DNA of 64,000 nucleotides from the NCBI GenBank assembly GCA_965198175.1, contig OZ240245.1, forward strand, positions 1,024,001 to 1,088,000. The letters run 5' to 3'. A program made the position numbers and the translations under genes. Source of the DNA: Candidatus Poribacteria bacterium (GTDB lineage Bacteria > Poribacteria > WGA-4E > PCPOR2b). This document shows, piece after piece, positions 1-10,176 of the stretch (positions are counted from its first letter, which is position 1; the number at the start of each line of letters is the position of its first letter). Below the pieces are notes generated by a model that saw nothing but the letters and a program-made list of their open reading frames with translations, ran no database searches and was not told the DNA's origin.

Positions 1-44
1 CAAATCTCAATTCTGTTAGGTTGTTCCAAATCCTTCGCTGAGGA

Positions 45-1214
45 TTACTCAAAGACTGCAAATTCGCCATCTTTGACAATCAGTATCTGTGGATCGTAAA
101 CCGCATCACCGACCGCGTCAAAAGAGAACTGACCTAAAATGGTGTCCAAATCCATGGTATTCGCTAGGGCGTCCCGAATTGCAGTCGAATCGGTAGATTG
201 CGCCGCTGCAATGGCCGCGGCCAGAATACGAAGTGTGGCATACGACTGCGCTGCCCAAGCGTTCGGCTCCATCCCGTATTTCTGGGTATAACTCTGGATG
301 AAGGCTTCATTCCCTGGGGTAGCAGCGAGGCTGGACCAACCAATAAAGGTAATCACACCCTCCGCGGCATCGCCCGCGGGGCGCACCTGTTCTATTGACA
401 GTTCAGGCAGAATAAAGGGAACCGATTCGGGGATACCGAGCTCGCGACCTTGGGTCAGAATCAGAGGCATCTCCGGTGGCAATGTGGAGATAAAGATGGC
501 TTCAGGATTCAACTCCATAATCCGAGTTAATTGCATGGAAAAGTTCGTATCGCCACTTTGGAAGGTCTCCGTGGTCACAATCTCGACGCCGTTCTCAGCG
601 AGAGTTGCCTGGAACCCCTCGTGACTGCTTGTTGAGTATAGATCGCTTACATCATATATGGTCGCCGCTTTTGTATAGCCGAGTTTCTCCTGAGTTATCC
701 TGACACCGCTTGGATTCAGGATATCTATGGTGAGACCCGCGCGGAAGATGAAATCGCCAATCGCGCTCAGACCGGAGGCAGAGGAGACCGAGCTAAAAGC
801 TACAACCTCATTTTCTTGGGCAATTGGAAACGCATGTACGGCTTGAGATGAAATAGCGAGTCCGGTGATAGCAGACACACCATCTTGATGAATCAGTTTA
901 TTGAAGGCATCAACGGCACTCTCGCTCTGATCGTCTTCGGTGATGAAAGTGATTGTTGCCTCACCGAGTTGTCCTGAGTTGTTAATCTCGTCTCGGGCGA
1001 GTTCAAAGCCATTTAGCATCGGTATACCAATTTCACCGGCGAATCGCCCTGTCAGCGCAACGACGACACCAATGGGAATCTCTGCACTCATATCTTCCAT
1101 CTCAGGTGGACCGGGGACGAGAAGTTGTCCAATCTGATCACAGGCGGAAAGCCCCGCAATCAGCGCGACAATCGCCAATACAAACACGAAAGGGGTAATT
1201 CTTCTGCTGTTCAT
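45..1214 (-). CDS. ABC transporter substrate-binding lipoprotein, LivJ/branched-chain amino acid (Peripla_BP_6) type; paralog 1
   Basis: Lipobox LSAC; IPIGVVVALTG, EDDQS, DFIFR, YAT..ILA and LGQFSFD motifs of type I periplasmic binding proteins; RBS AAGGAAGG. Confidence 0.9.
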   Translation of the reverse strand: MNSRRITPFVFVLAIVALIAGLSACDQIGQLLVPGPPEMEDMSAEIPIGVVVALTGRFAGEIGIPMLNGFELARDEINNSGQLGEATITFITEDDQSESAVDAFNKLIHQDGVSAITGLAISSQAVHAFPIAQENEVVAFSSVSSASGLSAIGDFIFRAGLTIDILNPSGVRITQEKLGYTKAATIYDVSDLYSTSSHEGFQATLAENGVEIVTTETFQSGDTNFSMQLTRIMELNPEAIFISTLPPEMPLILTQGRELGIPESVPFILPELSIEQVRPAGDAAEGVITFIGWSSLAATPGNEAFIQSYTQKYGMEPNAWAAQSYATLRILAAAIAAAQSTDSTAIRDALANTMDLDTILGQFSFDAVGDAVYDPQILIVKDGEFAVFE

Positions 1215-1389
1215 TTTGACCTTCCTTAGGTTTCAGATGAAAAGGTTGAGACGGGGCAAAATCCAGAAAATCTAGCCCAGCCAGATTCGTTGATGATTGA
1301 TATCTGGAAAAAGTTATTAAAGCCGAAGGACCTGTTATCAGCGAACGTCTGATAACATAACTCAAGCCATGTACGTCCAACGCTGAGGA

Positions 1390-2574
1390 TTACTCGAAGA
1401 CTTGAAGTTCGCCGTTCTTGACAATCAGTACAACCGGATCATAAACCGCGTCGCCGATGGCGTTAAAAGAAAACTTGCCTAGAACCGTATCGCAATCTGT
1501 GATGTTTGCCAGCGCGTCCCGAATCGCCGTTGAATCGGTGGATTGGGCATCTGAGATCGCTTTCGCTAAAATGTAGACGGCGGCATACGGCTGCGCCGCC
1601 CAGACGCTCGGCTCCATACCGTATTTCGCGGTGTAATTCTGAACGAAGGCTTGATTCCCCGGTGTGTCAGCCGTGCTGACCCAATCGGTAAAAGTAATCG
1701 CCCCCTCGGCGGCATCACCCGCGCTTTGTATTTCATCCACGGACAAAACAGTAGTAATAAAAGGAATCTCAGAAGGAATCCCAAGCTGACGCCCTTGGGT
1801 CAGAATCTCAATCACCTCTATTTGTTGCGCCGACACAAAGATGGCATCCGGATTTGATTCCTTGATGCGAGTTAACTGCGTGGAAAAATCGGTATCGCCG
1901 GTTGCGAAAGTTTCCGAAGCTACCAATTCAATGCCGCTATCGGCGAATGTCTTTTTGAATATTGCGTTGCTATCCCGAGAGGCGTGATCGGCCGTATCAG
2001 CTATCGTTGCTACTCTTTGGTAGCCGAGTCTTTCCTGAGTCACCTTGACACCTCCCGGAATCAACACATCTGCGGGATGACTTGCCCGGAAGATAAAATC
2101 GCCAATTGCGGTCAAGTCGGAGGCGATGACGACGGGACTGAAAGCCACAACCTGATTTTCTTGCGCTATTGGAAAAACCGATTGGGCAACGTGTGATGTC
2201 CAGACTCCGAGGATAACTGGGACTTTGTCTTGATAGATCAGTTTATTGAAAGCCTCAATGGCACCTTCAACGGTGCTCCGGTCGTCCTCGATTATGAACT
2301 TGAGTCTCACATCGCTGAGTTGTGAGTCATTGATTTCTTCAAGAGCCATGTTAAAGCCATTTTCCATTACTAGGGCACCCGGGCCAAATTCACCAGGTCC
2401 TAAATTTCCTGTCTGTGGTAAGACAACACCGATGGCAGTTTCACCACGGAGCCCTTCCATCTCAGGGGGAGCGGGGACGAGAAGATGTTGAATCTGATCA
2501 CAGGCAGATAGCCCCGCCATCAGCGCGACAATCGCTAGTAAAAACGTGAATTTGGTGAATCTACTAATGTTCAG
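1390..2574 (-). CDS. ABC transporter substrate-binding lipoprotein, LivJ type; paralog 2 (probable CTG start)
   Basis: Same motifs as paralog 1. The frame extends 18 codons above the track's ATG (2520) to a CTG at 2574, which follows AAGGAGG and aligns with the ATG of paralogs 1 and 3. Confidence 0.88.
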   Translation of the reverse strand: MNISRFTKFTFLLAIVALMAGLSACDQIQHLLVPAPPEMEGLRGETAIGVVLPQTGNLGPGEFGPGALVMENGFNMALEEINDSQLSDVRLKFIIEDDRSTVEGAIEAFNKLIYQDKVPVILGVWTSHVAQSVFPIAQENQVVAFSPVVIASDLTAIGDFIFRASHPADVLIPGGVKVTQERLGYQRVATIADTADHASRDSNAIFKKTFADSGIELVASETFATGDTDFSTQLTRIKESNPDAIFVSAQQIEVIEILTQGRQLGIPSEIPFITTVLSVDEIQSAGDAAEGAITFTDWVSTADTPGNQAFVQNYTAKYGMEPSVWAAQPYAAVYILAKAISDAQSTDSTAIRDALANITDCDTVLGKFSFNAIGDAVYDPVVLIVKNGELQVFE

Positions 2575-2805
2575 TTTGAACCTCCTTGGTTTTGAAAAAA
2601 ATTAAGTGGGGCAGAATCCAGAAAATCGGCCCCAACAGGAATCGTTGTCGATTGATATTCGGGAAAATTTGTCGAAACATTCATCTAGGTCGAGAACGAA
2701 AGTTGCAGGGAACAAAGATTTTGCGGTCTATGGCCCAGAGTCTGAGAGTTATTCCCTGCAGGATACAGATCTCGATTCTGTTGGATTGTTCAATGCCGGC
2801 GAGTA

Positions 2806-3963
2806 TTACTCGAAGAGTACAAACTCGCCGTTATTCACGCTAAGCACGATTGGATCGTAGACCGCTTCCCCGTTGGGGTCAAAAGAGAATGTCCCCAAAA
2901 CGGTGTCGAAATCCATGGTACTCGCCAACGTGTCTCGAATTGCCATTGCATTGGTGGATTGCGCTTCCGCAATTGCCACGGCGAGAATATGGAGAGCGGC
3001 ATAGGACTGTGCCGCCCAAGCAACCGGTTCCGTCCCGTATTTCTCAGTATAACTCTGGACGAAAGCCTGATTCATTGGCGTGTCAGTCGTGCTACGCCAA
3101 CCGATAGCGGTAGTTGTCCGCTCAGCGGCATCGCCCGCGGCTTCCACCTCAATATTGGTCAGTTCGGGAACAATAAAGGACACATCAGGCATGAGTTGGC
3201 GCGCTTGAATCATTATTTGAGGTATGTGGGATCCTAAAGCGGAGATAAAGAGGACATCGGGATTTAACTCCATTATCCGAGTTAATTGCTCCGAATAATC
3301 CGTATCGTCACCTTGGTAGATCTCTGTGGTCACAACCTCGACGCCATTCTCGACAAGCGCAGCCCTGAACTCTTCGTCGCTACGTGTGGCGTAGGTATCG
3401 CCCTCATGATATATCGTAGCTGCCTTCTGGTAACCGGATTTCTCTAGAGTCGCCTTGACGACAGCAGGGTTAAGCACACCTGAGTTGAGCCCTGCGCGGA
3501 AGATAAAATCGCCACGCGCACTCAGATCTGGGGCAGACGAGACTGAACTCAGAACGACAACCCCGTTTTCTTGCGCTATTGGAATTACCTGTTCGAGCTG
3601 GGTTGAGATAGCGAGTCCAGTAATCGCAGACACTCCATCCTGATTAATCAGTTTATTGAAAGCTTCAACGGCACTCACGCTTTGATCATCCTCAACAATG
3701 AAGGTAAGTTTTGCATCACCGAGTGTTCCTGAGTTGTTAATATGTTCGCGAGCTAGCTCAAAGCCATCTAGCATTGATAAGCCATACGGGGCAGCAAATT
3801 GCCCTGTCTGAGCTAAAACGACGCCGATGGGAATCTCTCCACTAAGCCCTTCCATCTGAGGTGGTTGGAGAATTTGCTGAATCTGGTCGCAAGCAGAAAG
3901 CCCCGCAATTAGCGCGACAATCCCCAAGACAAAGGCAAATGTTGTGATATTTCTGATGTTCAT
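2806..3963 (-). CDS. ABC transporter substrate-binding lipoprotein, LivJ type; paralog 3
   Basis: Lipobox LSAC, colinear with paralog 1, RBS GGAGG. Confidence 0.9.
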   Translation of the reverse strand: MNIRNITTFAFVLGIVALIAGLSACDQIQQILQPPQMEGLSGEIPIGVVLAQTGQFAAPYGLSMLDGFELAREHINNSGTLGDAKLTFIVEDDQSVSAVEAFNKLINQDGVSAITGLAISTQLEQVIPIAQENGVVVLSSVSSAPDLSARGDFIFRAGLNSGVLNPAVVKATLEKSGYQKAATIYHEGDTYATRSDEEFRAALVENGVEVVTTEIYQGDDTDYSEQLTRIMELNPDVLFISALGSHIPQIMIQARQLMPDVSFIVPELTNIEVEAAGDAAERTTTAIGWRSTTDTPMNQAFVQSYTEKYGTEPVAWAAQSYAALHILAVAIAEAQSTNAMAIRDTLASTMDFDTVLGTFSFDPNGEAVYDPIVLSVNNGEFVLFE

Positions 3964-4207
3964 TTTGAACCTCCGTGGTATTAATTGAAAAAATTATGGC
4001 GGGACAGAATCCAGAAAATCTACCCCAACCGGATTTGTTGTCGATTGATAGGGTAAAACTCGAGTTGAAACCTATCGTCAGAAAAACTGCGGCGGCGCAT
4101 TCCTTCCTGACGTTTCGGTACGAACAACTTGACCTTTACCCAATTTTCCCATAGATTGAAGTCGTTGTCAAACAAAAATAGAGAAGGTTTTTGAGAGAAT
4201 CGGCAAT

Positions 4208-5398
4208 CTACTCAAAAACCTGAAATCCGCCGTTCTTTACAATTAGAATCTTTGGGGCGTAAACCGCATCCCCGACAGCGTCAAAAGAGAACTTGCCCAA
4301 CACGGTGTCAAACTCTCTGATATTCGCCATCGCATCCCGAATTGCAATTGAATCGGTTGATTGAGCGCGGGCAATCGCCTCAGCCAGAATATATACCGTG
4401 GCATACGATTGCGCAGCGAAGGTGCTGGGTTCGACGCCGTATTTCATGTTGTAATTCTGAACGAACAATTGATTGCCCGGTGTATCTACCATGTTGACCC
4501 AATTCGTGAAAGTAATCGTCCCTTCGGCAGCGTCGCCCGCGGTTTCCATCTGATCGGGGGCAAAGGTAACGGTGATGAGGAAGGGAACGTCGGTGCCGAT
4601 ACCAAGTTTTCGACCTTGAATCAAAATCTCGGGAGTCTCTATTATCTGTGCCGAGATAAATATGGCATCAGGATTTGACTCCTTTATCCGAGTTAACTGA
4701 GCGGTAAAGTCGGTCTCGCCGGTTTGGAAGGTTTCTGAAGTCAGCACCCGGACTCCGTTCTCAGCGAGAGCCTCTTTTAACACGGCATCGCTATCCGTGG
4801 AGAAGACATCAATTTCATCATGTATTGTCGCTACATTCTTATAGCCCAACTTGGCGTGCGTTGCCCTCACGCCATTAGGTATCAGCACATCTGTGATGAG
4901 ACCGATGCGGAATGTAAATCCGCCCGTCTTACCCAGACCGCGAGCGGCGGCTGTCGGGCTAATCGCCACAACTTGATTCTCTTGGGCAACCTGAAAAGCC
5001 GCTTGAGCCTGACTTGAGGTCGCGGGACCGAGGATAACCGGTACTCTGTCTTGATCGATGAGTTTCTTGAAGGCTTCAACCGCCCCCTCTACAGTGCTTT
5101 GACCATCTTCAATGATGAGATTGAGTCTTGCGCTGCCGAGTTGTGAGTTGTTAATCTCTTCGACAGCTAGTCTAAAGCCGTATTCCAACGGCGGGTTAGT
5201 TATTGACAGTCTTCCTGAATCAGGATGGACAACACCAATGGGAATCTCTCCACTGAGGCTTTCTAGCTGTGGCACCTCCCTGTCCATCCGAGGTATCTCC
5301 TCTTCAGACAGAACCTCAATTAGCTGATCACAGGCGGAAAATCCTACAGTCAAGATAGGAATTGCATATACAAACGCAAATCTCATGATTCGATTCAT
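4208..5398 (-). CDS. ABC transporter substrate-binding lipoprotein, LivJ type; paralog 4
   Basis: Lipobox FSAC; start reassigned to ATG 5398 after AAAGGAGA; family motifs IPIGVV, ILGP.TSS and LGKFSFD. Confidence 0.88.
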   Translation of the reverse strand: MNRIMRFAFVYAIPILTVGFSACDQLIEVLSEEEIPRMDREVPQLESLSGEIPIGVVHPDSGRLSITNPPLEYGFRLAVEEINNSQLGSARLNLIIEDGQSTVEGAVEAFKKLIDQDRVPVILGPATSSQAQAAFQVAQENQVVAISPTAAARGLGKTGGFTFRIGLITDVLIPNGVRATHAKLGYKNVATIHDEIDVFSTDSDAVLKEALAENGVRVLTSETFQTGETDFTAQLTRIKESNPDAIFISAQIIETPEILIQGRKLGIGTDVPFLITVTFAPDQMETAGDAAEGTITFTNWVNMVDTPGNQLFVQNYNMKYGVEPSTFAAQSYATVYILAEAIARAQSTDSIAIRDAMANIREFDTVLGKFSFDAVGDAVYAPKILIVKNGGFQVFE

Positions 5399-5405
5399 GT
5401 TGATG

Positions 5406-6415
5406 TTAAATCTCCTTTGCCACAATGTAGACCGTGGCATATGAATGCGCTGCCCAAGTGTTCGGATCGATACCATACTTCGCTCGGTAAATTTGGACGA
5501 AGGCTTGATTTTTTGGGTTAGGAGCGGTGCTGAGCCAACTTGCAGAAGATAACAGTCCTTCGGCGGCATCGCCCGCAGCTTTTACATCATCTATGCTCAA
5601 TTCGAGAACAATAAAGGAAACTGAGAAAGGGATTCCGATATCGCGCGCTTGGATCGTGATACCAGGAATGTCGAGTGGTAAAGCGGCGATAAAGAGGGCG
5701 TCAGGATCCAATCTCATTATCCGAGTTAATTGGGATGTAAAGTCAGTGTCGCCAGTATGGAAGGTTTCTGTGGTCAAAATCTCGACGCCGTTTTCAGCGA
5801 GCGCCTCTCGAAATGCGTTGGCGCCACTCTGGGAAACCAGATCGATTTCATCGTGTATGATCGCGGCTCGCTGGTAGCCGAGCGTCGCCTGTGTTACCCT
5901 GACGCTGTTAGGGATATGTGCATCTGAATTAGGGTCACACGGAAGATAAAATCACCAATGGTGCTTAAGCCAGAGGCGGCTGAAGTCGGGCTAAACGCGA
6001 CAACTTGATTCTCTTGCGCGATTGGAAAAGCCTCCCGGGCCGCGCTTGAGGTCGTGGGACCGATGATAACAGATAATCCATCTTAATGAATCAGTTTATT
6101 AAAAGCTTCAACTGCACCCTGCGCAGTGCCCCGATCATCCTCAATAATAAACTTATGCTTTGCACCACCGAGTTGCGCGTTGTTAATCTCTTCAAGCGCC
6201 AACTCAAAGCCGTGTTTCATCATTACACCAGTCGGAGCGAGCCGTCCTGTAATGGGGTAGAGAAGGCCAATGGGAATCTCTCCACTGAGACCTGTCATCT
6301 GAGGCGTATCGTCAATAGACAAAATCGAAGCGAATTCATCGCAGCCGGAGAACCACGCGATAAAAACCGCGATCGTCAATACAAATGTAACTCTTGTGAT
6401 TCGTCTAATGTTCAC
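5406..6415 (-). pseudogene. Disrupted LivJ-type substrate-binding lipoprotein; paralog 5
   Basis: GTG start at 6415 and lipobox FSGC. In-frame TAA at 6083-6085 where paralogs have Gln (KLIH*DG), 1-nt frameshift near 5932 after IFRVT, and C-terminus truncated at ATVYIVAKEI. Confidence 0.85.
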
Positions 6416-6972
6416 GTTGAAACTCTCTCGTTTTGAAGTGTATTGCATTGCCCATTTCCCGTACAACTTAGGTAATTTTCTTGAACATGTTTCTTTTGCT
6501 CTTGACCTCGCTTCAAATAAACGCATTGCGAGAAAAATAGATTCATCTTATCCGCAACCAGATTTACCTCAGAGGTTTCTACACTGAAACTGTCAGAAAA
6601 TAAATGAACCTTTTGGGCGTATGAGAAGGTCGTCATAGGATAGTGGACAATCACCCTTTTTCTGAATCCCACGATTCCGATCGCAGTTTGGACGAATCAT
6701 ATCAATGGACTCCGCTCACGTTTAAAAAAGCATGCAATAGTGGCGGTAACGGCAATCTCATCAGACATTGATAAGGTTTCAGAAAAACAGTGTGCCCATC
6801 CTCTCCAATAATTTCAAGGCAGTTCGAAACCGTCGCATGCCTATGTTGATGAGTGTTTCGGCTGAACTTCACATCGAAGCAGGGAAATGTTACGTTCAAC
6901 TGCGAATATAAGCATCGCACTCCAGTATAATCACCCTTTCTCATCGAGAGCTGAAATTTTCAGGATGTTTAC

Positions 6973-7008
6973 TTGACACACCCGTTCGAATTTACTAATA
7001 TACTAGCA
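6973..7008 (+). promoter_or_regulatory. Sigma70-like promoter with overlapping imperfect palindrome (candidate BlaI operator)
   Basis: TTGACA (6973-6978), 17-nt spacer, TAATAT (6996-7001). TACTAATATACTAGCA (6993-7008) is near-palindromic and overlaps the -10. Confidence 0.55.
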
Positions 7009-7029
7009 TATTACCGAGGAGATGATAGC

Positions 7030-7413
7030 ATGCAAGATTATCGCGCCGTCAAACTCGGTCGGTGTGATCGACAGATTATGAAAATCATCTATCAGCGCGG
7101 GCACGCTTCCGCCGCACATATCCTCTCAGACCTCCCAGACCGTCCTACCTATTCCACAGTCCGCGCTCTGTTGCGAATCCTAGAAGAAAAGGGACATCTC
7201 ACACACGATAATGATGGGCCACGCTACATGTATCATCCCACACAACCGCGCCATCAAGCAGGACACTTTGCACTCAAACAGATTGTTCAGACCTTCTTCG
7301 ATAAATCCATCGAAAAAACGGTTGCTGCGTTGGACTTCGACGCTGATGTCTCCAATGAGCAACTCGACCGTTTAAGCTGTCTCATTGAGCAAACGAATAA
7401 AGGAGGATTATGA
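7030..7413 (+). CDS. BlaI/MecI/CopY family transcriptional repressor
   Basis: RQIMKIIY...PTYSTVRALLRILEEKGHL..DGPRY.Y.P winged-helix pattern and VQTFFD.S; ATG 7030 after GAGGAG. Confidence 0.9.
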   Translation: MQDYRAVKLGRCDRQIMKIIYQRGHASAAHILSDLPDRPTYSTVRALLRILEEKGHLTHDNDGPRYMYHPTQPRHQAGHFALKQIVQTFFDKSIEKTVAALDFDADVSNEQLDRLSCLIEQTNKGGL

Positions 7414-7626
7414 TGCCGTTCATTGAAACCCTAGAATCCAATTTGTGGCTAAAATTTCTGGTAGACGCCATGCTGAAAAATGTGATGAGTTTCGCCGCTA
7501 ACTGGCATCGGCATCCGTTGACGAAGGCTGTGGTGGCGATAGGGCTGCTCGTCCTCATCGGTTTCGCTGGGGTCGACAGAAGCGGATAACCAAGAGGATG
7601 CGTCGTATGAGGAGATTCAGGTAGCG
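7410..7626 (+). pseudogene. Remnant N-terminus of a BlaR1/M56-type partner gene (59-aa ORF 7410-7589, frameshifted relative to the downstream ORF)
   Basis: ATG overlaps the blaI-like stop and follows AGGAGG. Hydrophobic MMPFIETLESNLWLKFLVDAMLK joined directly to RHPLTKAVVAIGLLVLIGF; no HExxH. Confidence 0.5.
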
Positions 7627-10176
7627 TTGCATTTTCAAATAGAACCCCTGCTAGCAGGCGCAACAGGCGAGGAGAGAGCAGCGCGTAGCGAAAAGTACCA
7701 GCAGAATTGGAAACGCGGTCTTGAGCTCTGCGAGGAGTTTCTCAAGACCTACCCGGAGAGCGAGCGGCACGATTCGGTGTCATACAAAAAGCTCATATAC
7801 CTCCGCAATCTTGGACGCAATGCGGAATTTGAAGCCGGTGTTGAAGCGATTCGCTCTGAACACCCATCATCGAAATACACCAACGAAGTCCGTCGACTCC
7901 ATGCGTATTACCTTGAGAGTCAATTCAGGCTTCACGAAGCTCTTTCGGAGTGGGACAGCATAGATGAACCTGCGTTGCTACACAAAGTGTACGAACACAA
8001 AGGACAAATTTATGGTCAGATGGGCAACTGGGCGAAACGCGTGGAATTTGCCCTGCTTCGCGCTGAACTTATCCTAGGGAAACCCGCACCTGAGTTTTCG
8101 CACACAAGCGTTGATGGATTCCCCGTCTCGTTGGCAGACTTACGCGGTAAAGTAGTCATGCTTTGCCACTGGTCGACGCGGGATGGTCGAACCGTGTTAC
8201 ATGACAAAACGGGGGGAGAAATATCGAAACTCAAGCGGCTATACGAGAAACACGTCAAAAACCCCAACTTCGTCCTGATTAACGTCTTTACACAGAGCAG
8301 CGAAGCCAAGCTGAAAGAGTTCGTTGAGGCTTACACGATGCCGGGCATCCATTTAATCCTCGAACATGGCGCGGTGCCGTATCAATTTGGCATCGACGGT
8401 TGGCCTTACTATGTGGTTCTCGATAAAGCGGGGATACTTCGCGAGAGCGTGCATGGGTACGCGCTTGGACATTTGGAAGTTCAAAGGTTAGTTACAGCAC
8501 TGTTAGCAGAGGACGTAAACGTACCTGGCGAACGTATAATTCCCCGAGTCTGCCAACTCCGCGCCAAACTTCACATTTTCCAGAACCAAGATGAAAAAGC
8601 AATCGCCGAATATGAAAAACTCACCGCATTCACCCCAAGTCCACTTGACCTCATGATGGGGATTCTCTCTCTCAAACGAGAGCAAAATGGAAAGGCGGAA
8701 GGGTTAATGAATCAAGCATACGACCGGATAGTTAAGGCGAGTTGGTCGACGCTAGATCTCACCTTCGGTATCAGTCATTACGCTGTTGAGTTGGCAAAAC
8801 TCTTCTCACAGCAAGGTGACCGAGACAAGACGTGGAGGCTGTTTCAGATTGCGGTCGATGCGAACGATTTCAACCTTAAAACCGAAATCAATTACGCTAG
8901 TCTGCCTCCACGACCTTTTGAGGCAATTACACAGGATATGAGCGAACTTCAGAATCTTCTCGTCGAAACGCCAAAGGCCGAGGCGGGCAGTCGATTGAAC
9001 GAAGCGAGCCGGAAACGTGCGGTGTATGCAAAAGACCTAAAGGCGGCACACAGATCGTTCACGGCGGTAGAAGCGGACGGTGAGATTTTCACGGGGGGCA
9101 TCTTGAGCCGAGTCGGTCATGTTCTTGTGCCGGCGAGCGTGACGGAAGCTGAAGTCATTCGCGCCAAAATTGTCGATTATCAACCTGCCAAAGTAGTCGC
9201 CGTTGACGCGGAGAGTGGATTGGGGGTGGTGCAGGTGCACGGACAGAGATACCTTCGACCCGTTGTCCTAGGAAACGTGGACGACTTGCGGGAATATGTG
9301 CCAATCCCGCAATCAAACGAGATGTTCAATAACGCTTACTTTCACATAACGGCGATTTCCGTACGCGGCTATCCCAATTTACCCACGGAAACTCATCAGC
9401 GGTGGGTTGGACGACCGTCCAAGCGGTACGGCGCCATCATGCAACTCGAAATTGACGGTGACAGGAAGGTAACAACGCTGAAAGTAGCAAACCTAGGACG
9501 TTCCATCGGAATTATCAGAGGCGACGCGCTAGTTTACTACTACGGACGATTGCTCGGGGTCTCGCTTGACAATGAGGCGCGCTATGGTGTATGGGGTTTT
9601 AGTGCCGATCTGCTGCCGATTGACCAAATCCGCACCGCTCTTGAACGAATGGATATCATAAACTTGACGGACGAAGGGTTTGAACTGGTGCTTGAGGCGG
9701 AGGATTTCACGCGGATGGATGGGGTGAAACCGAAAGTGCAACCGTTCCTTATCACGAACGATCCCACAACCTCCGGAAGCGCGTTCATTGTTTCAAATGC
9801 GGCGTTGGATCACCAATACGAACTACCGGACTCGTGGTTGAGGTATGAGATTGAGATTCCAGTGGATGGCGACTACGCAATCTGGCTATATGGGCGAGCG
9901 TACACCGGCAAGAGCGACTCCTTCTTCGTTGGTACCGACCTTGAAACACCCCGCGCTTGCGATGTGAACCGCTTCGGATTGTGGGGCGCGGTGCCGGCAG
10001 TTCAACGATTCTCGGTGCAGACAGTGCCGGCTTTCCACTTCACACGAGGTAAACACGAAATCCGTCTCTTTGTACGGGAGACAGGCACGGAATTGGATGC
10101 TATTCTAATTACGAACGACATGGGTTTAGGAGCAGCGGAGATTAACCGAAGATTTATGTTACAGAACTATCGGTAA
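7627..10176 (+). CDS. Multidomain protein: TPR-like, TlpA/redoxin-like, degenerate trypsin-like and C-terminal carbohydrate-binding-like domains
   Basis: GKPAPEF..SLADLRGKVV (redoxin fold, no CxxC); GGILSRVGHVLV...AKVVAVDAESGLGVV (trypsin-like, catalytic motifs lost); LEAEDF...GDYAIW...SDSF. No clear RBS, so probably the 3' part of the gene starting at 7410. Confidence 0.65.
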   Translation: MHFQIEPLLAGATGEERAARSEKYQQNWKRGLELCEEFLKTYPESERHDSVSYKKLIYLRNLGRNAEFEAGVEAIRSEHPSSKYTNEVRRLHAYYLESQFRLHEALSEWDSIDEPALLHKVYEHKGQIYGQMGNWAKRVEFALLRAELILGKPAPEFSHTSVDGFPVSLADLRGKVVMLCHWSTRDGRTVLHDKTGGEISKLKRLYEKHVKNPNFVLINVFTQSSEAKLKEFVEAYTMPGIHLILEHGAVPYQFGIDGWPYYVVLDKAGILRESVHGYALGHLEVQRLVTALLAEDVNVPGERIIPRVCQLRAKLHIFQNQDEKAIAEYEKLTAFTPSPLDLMMGILSLKREQNGKAEGLMNQAYDRIVKASWSTLDLTFGISHYAVELAKLFSQQGDRDKTWRLFQIAVDANDFNLKTEINYASLPPRPFEAITQDMSELQNLLVETPKAEAGSRLNEASRKRAVYAKDLKAAHRSFTAVEADGEIFTGGILSRVGHVLVPASVTEAEVIRAKIVDYQPAKVVAVDAESGLGVVQVHGQRYLRPVVLGNVDDLREYVPIPQSNEMFNNAYFHITAISVRGYPNLPTETHQRWVGRPSKRYGAIMQLEIDGDRKVTTLKVANLGRSIGIIRGDALVYYYGRLLGVSLDNEARYGVWGFSADLLPIDQIRTALERMDIINLTDEGFELVLEAEDFTRMDGVKPKVQPFLITNDPTTSGSAFIVSNAALDHQYELPDSWLRYEIEIPVDGDYAIWLYGRAYTGKSDSFFVGTDLETPRACDVNRFGLWGAVPAVQRFSVQTVPAFHFTRGKHEIRLFVRETGTELDAILITNDMGLGAAEINRRFMLQNYR

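Noticed and set aside
6412..6944. Short minus-strand ORFs upstream of the SBP array
   Set aside because: No recognisable family or translation signals.
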